Assembly (NCBI GenBank): GCA_977030845.1
Contig: OZ365109.1
Span: forward strand, 43,276,001 to 43,340,000
Length of the DNA: 64,000 nt
Direction of reading: 5' to 3'
From: Fimbriosthenelais zetlandica
Lineage: Eukaryota
The notes under the pieces were generated by a model that saw only the letters and a list, made by a program, of their open reading frames with translations, had not been told where the DNA came from and ran no database searches. Position numbers and translations under genes: made by a program. This document shows positions 48,201 through 60,266 of the stretch, one piece after another (positions within the stretch are counted from its first letter, which is position 1; each line of letters begins with the position of its first letter).

Positions 48201-51200
48201 AAATCGCGATAATATTCCTGGATAGGATACACATTTTCTCATCAATGGATGAGTTACAAAATTTTAATACTATGTACGTGTATATCCATTTCATGGGCAA
48301 TCTTCAGGAGAACATTTTAGAGGCCTATATCAGTAGGTTTACTAGTTGTACTATGTCAATAATATTATAAGGTAGGCCTACCATTAAGTCATAAATGCTT
48401 AAGATTCGATTTTATAAGTTATGCAAGAATGATCGTAGGATCAGTTTGCTATCCTGAGTTATCAGCAGGACATTGTAACTGATCAGCTAGATACGACCAA
48501 CTGATCAGCGTGATATTGCAGCTTATCAACATGACATGGTCAGATAGGCATTGGGCGGTGGTGACCCGTATCGCCACATGGCAAGACGCCACAGTCTCAC
48601 TTCACACGACCAGAGTGTGCTGCTCAGAGGTGCTCGTTGTCAAGGAGAGACTGGTCTTGCCAGCTCCACTTAGCGGACGATTTAATCTGCTCCCCGCTAG
48701 GTTAGAGATGAGCCGTGTGAGCTGCTCCAACGAGCACCGAAGGGGTGATGATGTGGGCGACAGGTCACCCCTTCACTTCCTTATAGGCCCCCCCCCCTCC
48801 AACCCCCACAATAAAAAGAGAAAAATTAAACGTTTCTAGATACCCGCCATTATAGGAGTGAACCGTCGTTCGGAACATGCCTATCCTTTTTCCAAATATC
48901 AATGCATACATGTATAAATTATATTTAAAAAAAATATATTGTCCATATATAACTTTATGGACATGTATAAGTAAATCTCGATGGAACCTTGGATTTTACT
49001 CTAAGATAGAACTTTTCCTCCTACAATCTATACCAAACTAGTAGACCCGATGTAAAATAAATTCTTAAAGATATCTGAATGAAATATTTGGTATTTTGGT
49101 GGGAAAATTAACAGGCACCTACAAATCCATAGGGCCAGATATTAAAAGTTTAGAATTTCATTGTAAAACAGTGAACTTTTCTCATGTGTTACAAGAAACG
49201 CAGGACCCTCGTCCCTGGTATAGGGTCAAGGGCCCTGCCAAAACTCTCTTGCCCTGTGGACCCTGCAGTTATTAGGGAAGCCAGGAGTTGTCGCTCCTTA
49301 TTGGTACCATACACGTGCATTAAGGGTTGAGGGCAGGGTGAGGTGAGAAAACTCAATGTGGTATAATTCATATAGGTGACATTTGGTGATGTATGGTGCG
49401 ATGTGGTCATGATGGGGCAAGGACTGCATGGAGGGAATGGAATAGGGGTGAATGTGGATGTGTTGGGGTGGGGGGGGGGGGGGGTGATGGGGCCAGGGCT
49501 GGGACAGGGTATGTGTGTGGAAACCATATGCAGGGGACAGTGAAAACAATGAATTTAAAGTAGGCCTACATTAATATATGTGGAATTGGGCACGAGTTTT
49601 CTTTCAGGCCTAAAGTACCCATGATCTTTATGCCAAAATGTAGGCCTAGCGCTGCCACAATCTATGATAGATAAGGGAATATATAGGCCTACGTAATGAT
49701 ATAAATTATATGATTTCAGGTATTGGCAGGACCTATAGGTCTAACTGGAGTACAATTAAAATGGGAAAGCAAAGGCTCAGACGCCAGGCCTATAAATATG
49801 GGATGCAGGACTCATAATTCACTCATATATATATGGGTAAAATGACAGGCATATATATGTAAATCATACTTGTTGCATATTGCCTTTCCCATCATAGACC
49901 TTTCAGGTGATATAACACAATATACTATATAGTGTCTGCCAATTAAGATTGACAACTGATAGTTCAATTATATCACTGCCTTTGATCGATTGAGTGAAAT
50001 ATCACAGGAACAAATAAAAGAGTAGAAAGCAGAGGAGAGGAAGAACAGAATTTTGGTGAGCTCATGAGTTCTGGACGAGCAATTACCGCCCGGGAGGCTG
50101 CAGATGCTAAGGGGGAACCGTGCGCATCGGGTCGCCCCCTCCCCGATATTTCTTTCGGCTGAATCGGTCGACCTTATCAATAATTCAACCTCCCATCACT
50201 GCACTTCCTCTCTGAAGCCAGCCCAAGGTCAGCCTTGGTCGCCCAAGGTCAAGCAGCCGCGTATGCGCTTGGCGCGCAATATTTACGTTATCATTACTGC
50301 TTCCTCTTCCGGTGGCAATAATCAGTGTAGACCTGGAAATAACCACTGGCTCGTCCTTCTCCCATTCTTTCGTTAATCATCGTAATTATCTGGCCAAAAA
50401 TCGGTTGGAATATTGGGTTCAATCTTGCAGGGATTGACTGTATAGGTTCCTGACTCGTTTTTCTAAAGAAATTGAATGAGAGAGTGTAGTTCTCTCAGTG
50501 GAAAATTGGAAGAGGGAGCAATCCAAAGGGAAACGTCTTAAAGGCATCTCCTTAAATGCCCTCACTGCAAAGGTTGAAAAGGGAGGGGGTGGGGGGGGGG
50601 GGGGGAGTGGGAGGGGGCGAGTATAGTACATGGGGCAGAAAAGGCCAGAGGGCCGAGAGTCTATTGATCAAGGTCCATGACTGATATACACTATCGATCC
50701 GAAACGGGTCTTAATATAATGAACCCCGCCCGGCAGATAAGTGAATGCCGATTTACAGATGATTAACCCCATCACTTAGGACGCACACTGCCCCCACTTT
50801 AATCACTTAAATCCGAGGGGGCTCCCGCCCCGCACCCTGTAAACGATGGTCACGGGGCGCGGATCGCTACGGACGCTGTAATATTTCTTACGGCACCAAT
50901 TATTGAGCGTATCAATAATTCATCTGTCCCGATGCTTTTTCTCTGACCCCTGCAGCAGCAGTTCAATTATCTAATAGCCGGGGTGCATACCCCTGAGAAC
51001 ACGGCTTTGATTGGTTGGGAGACGAGAGACAATGGCAGTGATTGGCTATATTTATGACCATGCTATCCAAGAATAATGGCAGCCTGCCATTATCTTGAAT
51101 TCAACATGTCAATCCGGGGGTGGTGAAAAGAATGGATAGAAAGATTGATGTTTTTGTCATTTTTTTGTGTAAAATAAACGCAATATTCTAAATGCCATAA

Positions 51201-54200
51201 TGACAGGAAAATTATGGTCAAGATTTCTTATATAAAACAATTGTTAATAGGGTAACACGGGTTTTTGTAGGCCTTCCGTTTCCACATTATTTTATTGGTA
51301 GGCCCCTAATATACTTTCAAATTCCTTCGAACATCGTCATAATTAATCGAGATTTGAATTATATGTATTCAATTAATCTTATCAAAGGAACACTACAATG
51401 CAACAAAATGGTTTGAACAAATGAAGTCCGATTCTTCAAAGAATCACAGTTTAACATGTTAAGGCATAGCATACAATTTTCTAAATGATTGTCCTTTTGT
51501 CGTAGTAAATCACATGTAAAATCAACAATAAACTTTGAAGTTTATTGATAAAAACTCATGTGGGTACCTAGTTATGTGGAGAAATTTAATGAAAGTGCAC
51601 AATCATCGAGATAGGCCAAAATGCATTGAGATGTGTGTGGCGTCTTGGCAATGAGCCCGTAGTTCTCCCTTATATGCCTCAGCCAGCATCCATTCCCTCG
51701 GCCCAGCTTCCCAGAAACCAGTGAAGCATGACTGGGGCGGACGCTCAGGTGTGAAGTTGCGAGCACCTGGCCGCGTCATCCATGTTAACGATAATGCTCG
51801 CGATTTTCCGCTCGTTGCCACGTGACAAGAGCTTCTGCCGACTCCCGCTCGGCGGTGCGAGGTGATACGGGGGCAGCGTCTATTGAGGCCATTAAGGTGA
51901 GGGCATCGGAGGGAGTAATACCTTCAGAAATGAAATCATTAAAGCAAAAACCGCAGAAATGAAATCATTAAAGCTCTACCTCTGACCCTCTTAGAAACGA
52001 TGGAACTCAATCCTGGCAGACTGACAAGTGTATACATTGACGGAGGTCCTTTTAATAGAAAGGAAGGCTCCTTCAACTCACCCTGCATCTGTCAACTTCA
52101 GAAAGGCCGCCTGATATTGTAAAAGAGCCACCAATGTTGGCATTGATGCCGCAGACAACAATTGCATGGGAAACTATTGTTCCAGAACATTCCTCGCTTC
52201 CTTTACATCTCATGAGATTCTATATCAATGAGCCATAAAAGGCAATGGGGAGGTTTCTACTTCAACGAGTGAATTGTTGCATTTCTCTCTCTATAGTAGG
52301 AAATTCCATCAAAAGCTGTTGTTTGATATTAACATGGAGACTATTGTCAGTAAAATGATCACTCAAGCATTGTCCCGTCCTGTAAGTGTAGGCTCTCTTG
52401 CTATTGGAACAACTTGAAATATTGTCCTTGCAAGAAGTGTTTTCAACAAATTATGTGGTTAAGTATAGGCTAAAAATGATAAAGGATTATAAATTCTTCT
52501 AAATACCACTTCAGTACATAGCTTAAATTTAGTACATTATTGAGAAAACATTATTGAATACAAATGTAATATTTCAATATTATTGTGTGCATCTATCAGT
52601 TATCTTACTTCTGCTCACTGCAGTCAATCCTAAGTATAATATTAATATAAAATACATTAATGATGCAATAGAACTGTAATATTTACATAGCGCAGGGTTT
52701 AACTATTCAATACTGCATCCATTGTCATGCACCCTGTCCCTCTACGTCTGCATTTAGTATATGTATAGTATGTGCCTATCCAGTGCTATAGGCCTATGTT
52801 TATGTGTATCTATCTATCTCTTATCTTTCTCATGCTCTCTGATTTAGGAGTGAGTGATAGATAATGTTGTGTGTTGCTCACCTGAGGCTGGGTTTTGGGA
52901 TGGCTCCCCATGACACGGCAGCACATGGTAGAGGTTCCCATGGCCCTCATATATTTATACCTCCCCTGGCAAGGTGAGCCAATAGACAACACAACAACAT
53001 TCTTAATTTATTATTACACCAAACTCTCCCTTTGATATACCATGAATAGCCCTCCATACCATGAACAATACATTCCATAAAATATCAAAAACTTTTAAGA
53101 AATTAATTGGGATTCCTCAGCATTGAAAACGCGATACAGGCCTATTGGCCTCCGTCCATTATTAGGCTTTATAGGGAGAATATTAATTACATTGTTACAC
53201 ACATGTCAGTGACCACAAAGAGGTCTGACCACCCGAGATAGATGGCTATGAATTTATAGGAGGAGTGGATGATTTTGGGAATTTAATATGGTATAATGTA
53301 TGATTTTTCATACTTCAAACTCATTTGGGACGAGGATATTTCCTTGAGTATGAAGATGTTTGATGAGATTTCTATAGGTAGAGAAGTTGATGTATTACGC
53401 TATGCGGAGCATGGAGGAGGCAGAGAGGGTTAAATGTCTATAGCAGAGATATATGTTAAACATTTCCTAGATGAGTAGGGGAAGTATCTAGCTCGCTTCA
53501 TTTCAGTCTCTCTATCCTTCACATCCCTCAACTGTGACCATGGATCGCGGCTCATGGTGCATGAAGATCAACACCTCTCAGCTGGTGTACCGACAACAGG
53601 AGTCCAGACCCACCACACCTGGGTCACTCCATACACTGCCTGAAAATCACTGCTAAATTCCTGTAAAATTAGGGGTCATCTCAAAAGCTCACAAGTTTTT
53701 TTGTCTAAATTTAAGTCCTTCAATTTGGAGCCAGACCACCCTCTATCTTAAAGTGTGAAAAACAGTGGCTGAAATCACGATAACTGATATCCAATACAAA
53801 TCAACATTCAAAGATTTTTAAAAGATGAGGATTCGTCCGTCGTCGGTGGAGATAGTGCTTTATTAGGCTGTAGTTGATAAGGCTATCAGTAAAGCATGGT
53901 TTGTTTCATGTCATGTCATGTTACCTATATCTGTCTCCCTCCCACCGATGGCAATGAGTACATACAGTGTGCCTTACTGGTATCTACCTCATTCTAAAAT
54001 AGACTTGCCCCCAGCTCTCTATTCTTCATAAATCCTGTCTCTCTGTCTGTGTCTGACGGTCTCTGAGCCCTGTCTGTCGGCCAATTCTGTCTCTCTCCCT
54101 ATCTCTCACCCTCTCTTCTCTCAAGATTCCCCTCACTCCCAGTCCCCCTCAGTCTTCGGCCCCCTCTCCCATCGCCTGTATCCTGACTGTATCCATCCCC

Positions 54201-57200
54201 TCTAGTCAATCAGCCATTTTGTTTATCCCACATGTCCATCCACCGATCTAAAACAGTTCTTGGGGCCACTTTTGCGCGGCACATAGATTATGCCTGGACC
54301 GTATTTGATAAAACACACATTTGGCTTTCTTCCTATCTGCCCCTTGATAGCCCTATAGTTAGTAGGTGCAGGAAGATGGCCTCCGACGCTAACCACTTGA
54401 GCAACTCGCCTAAATACAAAGTGCTTCTCGTTTGATAACGCAAACGCGGGTTTTGATAAGGGGCGGCCTTGAAGGCAGCAGAATCACCCACGACGAACGC
54501 GGGCCTGAGATTCAATTTGAGACGGAGTTGAATAAATACACTCAAGTTTTTAGCAACGTGACTGATCGGTCAAGTGGTTGCAAGTAGGGGCATGTAATAG
54601 CATGGCATAAATTGTGATAAATTCCTAGAAGTAGATCTTAGAATTTAATGTGACTGCCGGAATAAATCAATGTTTAACACAAGCACCGTTCAAAGATTTT
54701 TTTTAACATTTAAATTACACACATTAAATAGGCCTAATTTAAATTAAACAGGCCTAAATTAATCGAATAATTAATTAATTTTAATTAATCAATTATAAAC
54801 CAGCCTTCCCTATAGGTCTTCTTTGAGGGAAAAAAAGCTCAATTATTTTCCGGAAAAAAAATCAGTCGACTGAGCAGGGTGTTAAATTGCTGCACCTAAT
54901 GCAAATATTTCGGCGGACATGCGTTGTCTGATAGCGGGCGTCTGGAAGCTGCGAGTTGTAGCGGCCACTGCTTCAATCAAAAGGTCAAGTATCCCATGAA
55001 TTGTTGCGGCCTCTACAAGAGCCTATTCTGGGCCTTATCTTGGACAGCAGCAGAAGCGCCTGCCACACTGCTCGCTCTCTGATCCATCTAACCAACGACT
55101 ACTACAACCAGGCTTATATACCCCGCAACCCCTGGCAAGCCTTTAACCTATAGAACGGCTACCTGGTCACATATATACACTTAACAACCTACTCTCTTAA
55201 TATTTATCTCATGTAACTTTAATCTTTATAATTAGATAAAAATTACAATGAACTCTAACAGAATGCCGCCTCGGTGTTTCACAGATGAAGTATGAAATAT
55301 GCAGCCAATCCTCTTCATACAGAACGAATTTAGTTGATACGGACATCTTTCTTTGAAATTCCAACGGGGATTTGTCAACCAATGATTTAAATTTCCCCGA
55401 CAGAAACATTAAGAAACCGGTTCTAGGCAGTTCGAGAATGAGGGTAATGCATGGGAGTTTAAGTGAGGGCAAAAGTTTAGAAAGGGTGATTAGACAGCTC
55501 CCAGTGCTATCCATCCCATTGTGAACACTTCACGGGTCGGGGATCTGGACAATGCCTATTAATCCAATGCAAAAACTCCAAAATCTCATCCATTTTTAAA
55601 CGTTTTCTTGTGTTTTTAATAGTCAAATGAATTTTATGAAAATATCTTTGGGTTAATTGACTTTTGGAAAACAAGTTTGGATGTTGAAAATTCCAGCATA
55701 AGTCTCGGCTAGAGAGACTAAACAGATTAATTGCGGTCAGTCATTTTATTGCTTGACTGGATTCAGAAGTAAGATCCACACACATCCTTAGATAAATCAG
55801 TGGTTCACATCAGGGGCCAGAGAGATCAAAAGTTTAAATTTAAGAGCTTCCACCCACGGCATAAGGCAGGAGAATTTTTATTCTAGTGTTCAAAGACAAG
55901 TGATTGATTATATTTTTGTTTTTTGTTTCGAAACAACCATAATTCATGAATTGTTGGTAAGGAATTCTTCGATATTTTCTATCTCTCCTTTGGTTTTTCC
56001 AAGGTAAAAAACGGAAAAAGGAAAAAACGGAAATGAAATGGACTTTTCATTGAATAATTGATGTCATAATTTCCCTACAAAGTATCCATTTTGTTATAAT
56101 AATTATGTTCATGAATTGGCAAATGAAAGAGCAAAGAGCCTGGAAGTCTTTCTAAAGCAGCTAATCATCCTTGGATTTCAGAAAATCCCCTATGAATATT
56201 GGGGTTGGGGATGGCTGCAATGGGATAGCTTCCCTGCCGCATTTCCCAGGTAACAATATATCTCAGGCAATATTGCAGCGATTCAGAATAGATGCCAAAC
56301 TGGCGGACAAAGTCAATCCATCTCCTGTCATGAGCCAGATTCCTTTGAATCACCACACATCTCCTGGATATGCAGTTAGTGGATATGATCAGAAAAAATG
56401 GCCTTTTCATGTTCCTTGTGTGGGTCAGCTTGGGCTGGGGCGCCTAGGGCAGCCTCTTAAACATATGGCGAGCAGGGGGGTGGGGCAGCAGACTGTTTGG
56501 CTCTCATCTTTGATGACCAAATATAAATCTTCATTAAATATCTCCCTCTTTGATACATACGTATGTGTAATCAGGCTTTCATATAAGCTGAACATCTAAG
56601 ATGTGATTTACAACCTCGAGGGTGGTATGTTGAGTCAAAAACCAGTCACAACAAACCCCAGATAAAAGTAGTCCAGCTCAAAAAGAAAATTAATCACTGA
56701 TAACAGGAAAAATATTCCGTTTTTCTCCATTTCCTCCTTCCATAAGTTCAGTCCATTGGACTACATTATCCCGATAGTCTTTTTTTCTCCCCTCAAACTT
56801 CCCATTTTCACAAGTGGATAATGGAAGAGATTGGCAGGAGATAACTGAATGTAAACCGAGCACCTTCCACTAAACTATCTCACGACACCAACTTGTCTGT
56901 TTTTCACTGGCTTCCAATTTCTGATCCATCCCTCAGGGGTGACCACTCTATTAAGAGCCGAGGGTATAAGAAAAAAAATAAGATATAAGAAGATAGCCAG
57001 CTACTTAAGTTATCAGAGTGAGTGGAGGCTGCTTGATATTTATAATAAGGCAGGTGATTCCCATAAGAGGGGCCACATGAATTATGGGCGGTTGATATAA
57101 ATGTAAGAGTCTTTAGTCTTTGATCACATGGCGGTACTTGGTGGGCTCCGCCGGAGGATGGAGGCCTGACCTTGTCCTGACCTTGATCTTATTGATGAGA

Positions 57201-60200
57201 GCTGCTCATCACATCCAGCTGCTCGCCACCCATTAATCCAAACCTTTCTGATCCTGCTCTATCTCTAGCTCTCTCTTTCTACCTCTCTCTCTCTCTCTGT
57301 CTATACCCCACTCTCCCTATCTCTCTCACCCTGTCTCTCTCTCTACCTCTCTCTCATCCTATTTCTCTACCTGTCTCTATCTCTTTCTGAGTACTTCTCT
57401 CTGGCAGCTCTTATCTAGTGGTAGACCTCCCATGTGATGTGCATGCCACCATTAGGACTTTGTGGTTTGGATCTAACAGTTAGTACAGAGATTTGGTACA
57501 TGTATGTAGATAACATTCTCTCACTGCTTCTAGCTCTGTTTCTCTCCCTGCCTCTGTCTCTGTCTCTCTCTTCCACAATTCCGTCATTCCTTTCTTCCGA
57601 GTCTTCTTTCCATGCCATCCTCCCTCTCCGTTATCCCATATATACTAACTACTAAATACTCTTCACCAAAGAACATGAACGATTCCCTGTTTTACAAGAT
57701 TTGTACATACATACATCAGAAAGGGACTTTAGGGAGATAGCCCGGCAAACAGGTGTGGACAGAGGAGTGCATCATCCGGCACGCTCTGCTGAGAGATGAA
57801 AGGCATTGCATATCTGTGATGATGAGTGAAAAAAAAACTAAAAAGAACTTGAAAAGTAAACACGGGCTTACCTCCTCCCACACAAAGCTATCAACTTCCT
57901 TTTCCCCAGGAACCATCCAAACAAAAATATCGCAAAAAAAGTCAAATTGCAATTGCAAGTTGGAAGAAGTAGAGCAAAACAATGAGGGAGGTGGGTGGGT
58001 GGGGTGCCTTTGAAGTGTTGTGGGTGCATTGGGGAAAGGGTGGGGGGTGGGCGGTGTTTGGTCGACTCGGGGGTTTCCGTGACCATCTCCCACCGTCCCA
58101 GAGAAAGTGCCCCAGTCCTGCCATCCCTCTCTACAGCCTCCTCGCGGGAGAAAAGAGAAACTGGTGGCCAGGTTGCACACATCCTCCTCATTATCGCCCA
58201 TATTAGAACCTCGTGTGGCATGCGCACACTGGCTCCTCTTGCTGACCTATCGCTCCGACATTTGTTATATCGCGGCCTGTTTCGCTAGAGGCGCTTCTCT
58301 ACCCCTCCCCTCCAGTAACCTATAAATCCAGGTTTAACACCTTTTCAGTTACTGCATGATCTTCCAGTTGGTTTCCAATTAGAAGACTGGTTTTAATGAC
58401 ACCAAAATGCCTCAAAGTATAAGCAGGGACATCCCAACATAGTTGAGAGTTAAATTTGGATATCCAAACTGCTTCGAAGTCATTCACACTGCATTTATAA
58501 TTATTTTGACTGACAAATTATCTAGATTTCCAAACTTTGAGGAACCGGTAGTCAATTATCTTGCCACATGCCCACAATATAAAGTGTAAAATAATCATGA
58601 TTACTGATTTACTCTACCAATTTTGAAACAACTGGCCAAATACTTTGGAAAAAATACTGAAAGGAAAAGCCGAAAAGTAAAGTAGAAAACAAACGTTGTA
58701 GCCTAAGCTAATAAAAGTCTACTTCTGCATGAAATTGTAAAATTGAAAATACAATTTTAGAGTAGGGCCTAAATCTGATAAGGAAAAAGGCTTAAAGTTC
58801 CGATAACAGTTAGGCCTTTACTGTTTGTCTATAAGCAGACAATTGCCTCGTGGCGGCCATTATTTTAGTAAAACGGAGCGTCTCGCTGAGGCAGACTCTG
58901 CAACTTCCTGTAACGAGCACCTCCTGGTGCCGGGGAGCATTTGATAGGTCCGGAAATGGCTTGATATGACAAAGTTAATCTGCTCAATCATTATAAGCAT
59001 CAAAAGATGAAGCGAGTGGAGCATCTCCAACCCCCATCCCCCTATCCCTATACCCTAACCATGATGGAGAAAACAGTCACATCAGAAAGCCAAACCAACG
59101 CTGAGAGCACACATGGTTCACACACTCACTCACACACACACACATGGAGGTTATGAGCGGTTATGAATCTGACAGAAGTGAGTAATCATGTGTCACTGTG
59201 GAAGTTGATGTGTCAATATAGTCGCTACTCACCCGTCAGGAAGATATCCTTGCTAGCCTTACTGGTGGCGCCACATCGGACATAATCCTGCCAGGAGGAG
59301 ATGAGAGAGAGGTTATTCAAGGACATCACGATATTAAGATGTTTGTTCAGGGGAAAATATCAATCTTATAGTACACATACTACGTTTTCTGGAGAGATTA
59401 GAATTTGTTTAGGCAAAAATTGATTTATTTTTTCAGGAAATCTATGAACTGACAAAAATGTATATTTTTATGTTCACAAATACAAATTAGTTCAAAACAT
59501 TCTATTTTTAAAATATTTTCAAAATTGTTTAACGAAAGAGCTGAGTCGATTATAATAGACTCAATCCAGAATTACTATGATTCTTTCAGGAAATAGCAGT
59601 CCTTTATTTGATAAATAAAGTAAGATAAATTCATAATGTTATTGAATTATTCAATTAACTAGTATTCACAGCAAAAAGATATATCATGACTTGCCTTGTG
59701 CTCACTGTAGCACCTTGTCTGTTCCTCCTGAGCCACATCCCATACTCTGACAGTCTGGTCATCTGATGCCGTAACCAGGCGAACGTTGTCAGACAGAAAC
59801 TTAGCAACATTGGTGGGCCTACAAGAAAATACAGACATGATAGTTTATCAATAGTCTCCTATGAATATATATATATATTTATACATTAAATGATTTAAAA
59901 TTAGACTAGATTGGTTTACTGCATGAATATACCCTTCCAAATGAATTTATTTGAATCTGGAAAATGTGGGAAGTCCAGGCTGCTGTTTTGCCTGACACAG
60001 TTTGCGGTGACCTTATACTGTTTGCAACTCCAGAATAAATTAGATTAATTAATAAAAAAATATACATAAAATGGGCAATACCTTGTATGGCCTTTGAAGG
60101 CTCGCAGCATGGACTTGTTGGATTCCTGATAGAGTCGCACCACGCCCTCCTTACTACCAGCGACCAGTAACTGCCCGTCATGGCGATAGTTGGCGCACGT

Positions 60201-60266
60201 CGCCCCTTCTTTGAATCGCGTTAAGCTCTGAAGCACTCGGTTTTCTCCACCCGATATAACCTGCAC
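39274..60266 (-). CDS. UTP15: U3 snoRNA-associated protein 15 (WD40, SSU processome t-UTP); 3' 11 coding exons, N-terminus beyond the right edge
   Basis: Exons 60082-60266, 59695-59818 (GC donor), 59233-59287, 47913-48038, 42987-43122, 42641-42725, 42212-42376, 41878-41979, 41051-41184, 40601-40659, 39274-39494. Phases are consistent; 463 aa are visible. Peptides include [36 protein letters not shown]...[28 protein letters not shown] and MGAMDTLFA, matching UTP15 from recall. AATAAA lies at 39179-39184 (-). Confidence 0.95.
42464..42608. mobile_element. MITE copy 2 (same family as 7787-7984) in a UTP15 intron
   Basis: taaagccgcgactccactgctgcgattttgct ... agcaaaatcagtagtggagtcgtagcttaa. Confidence 0.7.
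43950..44760. repeat. Low-complexity (GAGT)n/G-run tract followed by a GA-rich purine tract
   Basis: Repeated gagt units and G runs of 10 or more at 43950-44290; purine-only stretches at 44500-44740. Confidence 0.85.
45050..45900 (+). mobile_element. Highly degraded LINE (CR1/L2-like) remnant
   Basis: Broken-frame fragments such as tccctgattagaagcaaa (SLIRSK) resemble the SLVRSKLEY region of CR1/L2 ORF2. There are many stops, and this is pattern recognition only. Confidence 0.3.
57260..57620. repeat. CT-rich polypyrimidine low-complexity tract
   Basis: Imperfect (CT)n/ctctat units; similar tracts at 54030-54200, 63900-63990, and GA-rich 46280-46460. Confidence 0.8.

Noticed and set aside
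48510-58325. ORFs in the 11-kb UTP15 intron (48510, 50104, 56171, cluster 57716-58325) as a nested gene
   Set aside because: No recognisable domains, no consistent exon chain, and multiple overlapping frames typical of GC-rich or low-complexity sequence.
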